Positions 14,925 to 17,160 of a stretch of DNA of 17,160 nt are shown in pieces; position 1 is the first letter of the stretch; every line of letters begins with the position of its first letter. This DNA is from Spirochaetia bacterium (GTDB lineage: Bacteria > Spirochaetota > Spirochaetia > Treponematales > Breznakiellaceae), in the NCBI GenBank assembly GCA_025997795.1, contig BNVB01000054.1, positions 1 through 17,160 of the forward strand, written 5' to 3'. The translations under genes and the position numbers were made by a program. The notes below the pieces were generated by a model. That model was not told the DNA's origin. It worked only from the letters and a program-made list of their open reading frames with translations, and ran no database searches.

Positions 14925-14955
14925 ATAAAGTATCACCATTGCCGGGGGTAGATAG

Positions 14956-15129
14956 ATGGACTTTATTATAACTCAAGAGGATTATAACGAATATCTCTCT
15001 AAAAAGAGCGCCATCAACAATGAACGGATACGCCCGGATGATCAGAGCTTTTTTGATGCGCTTATGACGGTAGACATGAAAAACGACCCGGACGGAAAAC
15101 GGGCCATAGAGATTATTCGGGAATTATAA
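14956..15129 (+). CDS. Hypothetical small acidic protein (57 aa), first gene of the inserted cassette
   Basis: The ORF is absent from the supplied track, which appears to have a 60-aa cut-off. The translation is MDFIITQEDYNEYLSKKSAINNERIRPDDQSFFDALMTVDMKNDPDGKRAIEIIREL*. Its net charge is about -5. The TAA stop at 15127-15129 lies 1 nt before the next ATG, so the two genes are translationally coupled. The region is AT-rich, at about 35% GC. Confidence 0.5.
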   Translation: MDFIITQEDYNEYLSKKSAINNERIRPDDQSFFDALMTVDMKNDPDGKRAIEIIREL

Positions 15130-15130
15130 A

Positions 15131-15607
15131 ATGGCAAATACCCCTGAAGAATTCCCGGTATTTACCGATCTTGATATGCGGCAGATTACGATTCTTTCTT
15201 CCCGTTTCCGTCTTTACCTAAAAGACTTTGAGATTAATAACGGACTATCCGGCATCATTGCGTCTCCCCCTGTTATAGCAGAAATATGCGAACGCATTGA
15301 AAAAAGACGGATATATTTTCATATCTTCTATAATTGCAAAATGGGCGAGTTAAACGAGGGATCTCTTATGTGTTTCTGGATATTGAAATTAATGCCGTTT
15401 TCACATCTGTCTATTCCCTTGAACGAACTCAACGCAAAAATAGCGTTATATTTGCTCAATAACGTGCTGATATATCATGCAAAGAAGAAAGGCAAAAAAG
15501 TAAATATTTCCAGCGAGTTATACGAGCGTCTTTATTATTCATTCCGCTTTAGAGATATAAGCAAAGAAGCAATTATGGCATTGTCTGAAAGTCTTATAAT
15601 CCAATGA
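15131..15607 (+). CDS. Hypothetical protein (158 aa), second gene of the inserted cassette, with no recognisable family
   Basis: The ORF is clean and starts 1 nt after orf57. The protein is net basic with a Lys-rich patch (HAKKKGKKVN), mostly alpha-helical by composition, and has no transmembrane segment. It contains an R-x4-H motif (RRIYFHIFY) reminiscent of HEPN, but this is very weak evidence. Confidence 0.55.
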   Translation: MANTPEEFPVFTDLDMRQITILSSRFRLYLKDFEINNGLSGIIASPPVIAEICERIEKRRIYFHIFYNCKMGELNEGSLMCFWILKLMPFSHLSIPLNELNAKIALYLLNNVLIYHAKKKGKKVNISSELYERLYYSFRFRDISKEAIMALSESLIIQ

Positions 15608-15624
15608 GCCTCCCCGCCCTAAAG

Positions 15625-15690
15625 GGACGGCGCTGGTTTTTTTAACCAGAGATTATTGGCGGTAAGGGAAAAACAATTGGGGGCTTGACA
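15625..15690. repeat. Direct repeat copy 2 (trkH 3'-end coding sequence plus TTGACA), downstream of the cassette
   Basis: GGACGGCGCTGGTTTTTTTAACCAGAGATTATTGGCGGTAAGGGAAAAACAATTGGGGGCTTGACA still encodes ...TALVFLTRDYWR*. The only change inside the coding part is a synonymous AGG to AGA. The upstream frame is closed by a TAA at 15597. Confidence 0.9.
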
Positions 15691-15713
15691 AATCTGTTAA
15701 TAGTAAGTATACT
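15685..15713 (+). promoter_or_regulatory. Sigma70-like promoter (TTGACA, 17 nt, TATACT) for the SRPBCC-marR operon
   Basis: TTGACA at 15685-15690 is followed by a 17-nt spacer and TATACT at 15708-15713. An AGGAG site at 15734-15738 sits 9 nt before the ATG at 15748. Confidence 0.5.
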
Positions 15714-15747
15714 TATTATAATACTACTTATTAAAGGAGATGTATTT

Positions 15748-16161
15748 ATGGAACTGCAATTTACACTTGAAGTGAACGCCCCTGCGGAGAAAATTTGGCC
15801 TTATTACGCCGATCCCGCAAAACGTTATGTCTGGGAAGATGATTTAGAAGACATAACGTTCGATGGTGAGGTCAAGACTGGCACAACGGGCAGTATGAAA
15901 CTGAAAGAAATGCCCAATATGCCGTTTACCTTAACAGAAGTTATCCCAAACGCTTCTTATTGCGACAGGACGGATGTTCCGGGAATGGGGAGCCTCTATT
16001 TTGGGCATAAAATCCTGCGGGAAAACAGCAAGACCTATATCCGGCACAGCGTCCGGCTGGAAAAAGAGAACGCATGCGAAGATGACCTTGGCTTTCTTAG
16101 CGGCGTGTTCTCCGATGTACCCGGTGCGGCTTTGAAAATCAAAAGGGAGGTTGAGAAATAG
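15748..16161 (+). CDS. SRPBCC (START/Bet v1/polyketide-cyclase-like) ligand-binding domain protein, 137 aa
   Basis: The N-terminus MELQFTLEVNAPAEKIWPYYADPAKRYVWEDDLEDITFDG is the typical SRPBCC opening (a beta strand followed by helix 1). The protein is about 140 aa long. The start was chosen at the internal ATG, which has an AGGAG ribosome-binding site. The hydrophobic N-terminal extension in the ORF track is a read-through of the promoter region. Confidence 0.75.
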   Translation: MELQFTLEVNAPAEKIWPYYADPAKRYVWEDDLEDITFDGEVKTGTTGSMKLKEMPNMPFTLTEVIPNASYCDRTDVPGMGSLYFGHKILRENSKTYIRHSVRLEKENACEDDLGFLSGVFSDVPGAALKIKREVEK

Positions 16162-16614
16162 GTGGAATTTCCCTCTCTTAAATTCAAAAAGGACTCCGAG
16201 ACTTCAACCGGATTGGTTTTTATTCGTGTTTACAATAAATGGCACTCCACAATAAAAAACGCATTGCGGGAAGTTGGTATAACTCACCCGCAATTCGTAG
16301 TTATGACGGTGCTGAATTTTCTGTGCCAGTCGGACGAATATGTGACACAGGTAAATATCGCAAAAATGGCGGATATGGATGTTATGTCCGTTTCACAAAT
16401 CATCCGGGGCCTGGAAGAAAAGGGGTTTTTGAAACGGGCGGTTAATCCGAACGATACCAGAGCAAATGCCGTGTGGCTCTTGGAAAAAGGACAGGAAGCA
16501 ATCAAACGGGTCTTGCCAATCGTTGAAAAGATAGACGATGAATTTTTTGGCGTTTTATCAGACAATGAGCATTATTTTAGGGATTGCTTACACAAATTGA
16601 TAGCTTCTGAATAA
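16162..16614 (+). CDS. MarR family transcriptional regulator
   Basis: A winged helix-turn-helix is present (QFVVMTVLNFLCQSDEYVTQVNIAKMADMDVMSVSQIIRGLEEKGFLKR...DTRANAVWLLEKGQEAI). A GTG start directly abuts the SRPBCC stop, and an AAAAGGGAGG site lies upstream. Confidence 0.85.
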   Translation: MEFPSLKFKKDSETSTGLVFIRVYNKWHSTIKNALREVGITHPQFVVMTVLNFLCQSDEYVTQVNIAKMADMDVMSVSQIIRGLEEKGFLKRAVNPNDTRANAVWLLEKGQEAIKRVLPIVEKIDDEFFGVLSDNEHYFRDCLHKLIASE

Positions 16615-16762
16615 TTTAAGGGCAAGGTGGGAAGGGGATATAGCCATCTTCCATCATGGTGCTGTATACTCCCGCCTACGAACCCCGCCGCCGCTCCGGG
16701 GAGGAATTATCCAACATACGGATTGCAGGGCAGGTAGTGACGTGTTATCATAGAGTATAGGT

Positions 16763-17050
16763 ATGAGCGAATTGCGGTTTATTTGGGACGAAAACAAGAA
16801 TCTTGACAACATCAAAAAGCATGGGGTGAGCTTTGAAGAAGCCTCCGCCGCTTGTTTAGACCCGAATTGTGTTAGAATTTTTGATGAAACTCATAGTATA
16901 AATGAGGATAGATGGATTTTGCTTGGCAGGGTACGGGAAACCGTACTGTTCGTGGTTGAAACCGAGCAGGATACTGATACAATCAGAATTATATCAGCCC
17001 GGCCAGCCACCAAAAGAGAGAAGGAACGGTATTATGGCAATGGTTACTAA
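16763..17050 (+). CDS. brnT: BrnT-family toxin (DUF497), second divergent paralog in the window
   Basis: The N-terminus is MSELRFIWDENKNLDNIKKHGVSFEEASAACLDP. The C-terminal motif is IRIISARPATKREKERY. The gene is followed by an overlapping antitoxin gene. Confidence 0.85.
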   Translation: MSELRFIWDENKNLDNIKKHGVSFEEASAACLDPNCVRIFDETHSINEDRWILLGRVRETVLFVVETEQDTDTIRIISARPATKREKERYYGNGY

Positions 17051-17160
17051 AAAAGTTATAGAAATTCTGCCGCTTTCGGTGGAAGCGGTACAACGGCTGG
17101 ATAAACTCAAGGGCATAAAAGATGAGGATATAGACACCTCTGATATGCCGGAACTCACGG
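17034..17160 (+). CDS. brnA: BrnA-family antitoxin, N-terminal part (3' end outside window)
   Basis: The ATG at 17034 overlaps the brnT stop by 17 nt, and an AGAAGGAA ribosome-binding site lies upstream. The translation MAMVTKKVIEILPLSVEAVQRLDKLKGIKDEDIDTSDMPELT matches the BrnA N-terminal DxDIDxSDIPELT-type motif. Confidence 0.7.
   Translation, partial: MAMVTKKVIEILPLSVEAVQRLDKLKGIKDEDIDTSDMPELT

Noticed and set aside
14824-15690. Integron attC-type cassette boundaries
   Set aside because: The repeats are direct copies of a gene 3' end plus promoter. They are not imperfect inverted attC sites with R''/L'' boxes. No intI or attI is present.
15685-15747. Long hydrophobic N-terminus (MTNLLIVSILIIILLIKGDVF) of the 15685-16161 ORF
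   Set aside because: It is a read-through of the AT-rich promoter region. An AGGAG ribosome-binding site precedes the internal ATG at 15748, which gives a canonical roughly 137-aa SRPBCC protein.
16615-16762. Possible tRNA, tmRNA fragment or att remnant between marR and the second brnT
   Set aside because: I could fold no cloverleaf or T-arm consensus. There is only a short GC hairpin (CCCCG...CGGGG) without a T-tract.

Overview
This is a 17.2 kb bacterial chromosomal window with strongly mosaic base composition: AT-rich islands of about 28-38% GC sit inside GC-rich core genes of about 52-65% GC. I cannot assign it to a taxon from the sequence alone.

Gene content from left to right:
- the 3' end of a heavy-metal P-type ATPase gene, then a small lipoprotein gene with a clean intrinsic terminator;
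- a flotillin/SPFH gene on the minus strand;
- a decayed MarR-like regulator remnant, followed by a MATE efflux transporter;
- an AT-rich islet on the minus strand carrying a BrnT/BrnA toxin-antitoxin pair with a near-perfect, apparently leaderless sigma70 promoter;
- an MFS transporter with an in-frame 12-bp palindromic tandem repeat;
- a large minus-strand TPR protein with a lectin-like (DUF1080/LamG-type) N-domain and a C-terminal double zinc ribbon;
- a tightly coupled plus-strand gene string: sugar-type ABC substrate-binding protein, AroA (EPSP synthase), TrkA, TrkH;
- an SRPBCC-MarR operon;
- a second, divergent BrnT/BrnA pair that runs off the window end.

The most interesting structure lies immediately after trkH. 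A roughly 60-75 bp segment comprising the last 12 codons of trkH, its stop codon and a TTGACA -35 element is present twice as a direct repeat, at 14824-14900 and 15625-15690. The two copies flank an about 730 bp, 35% GC insert that carries two translationally coupled genes (57 aa acidic, 158 aa basic) with no homology I can recognise. This looks like an insertion cassette that duplicated its target junction. The pair is a candidate novel toxin-antitoxin or defence-type two-gene module.

No rRNA, tRNA, CRISPR array, transposase or integrase is visible.
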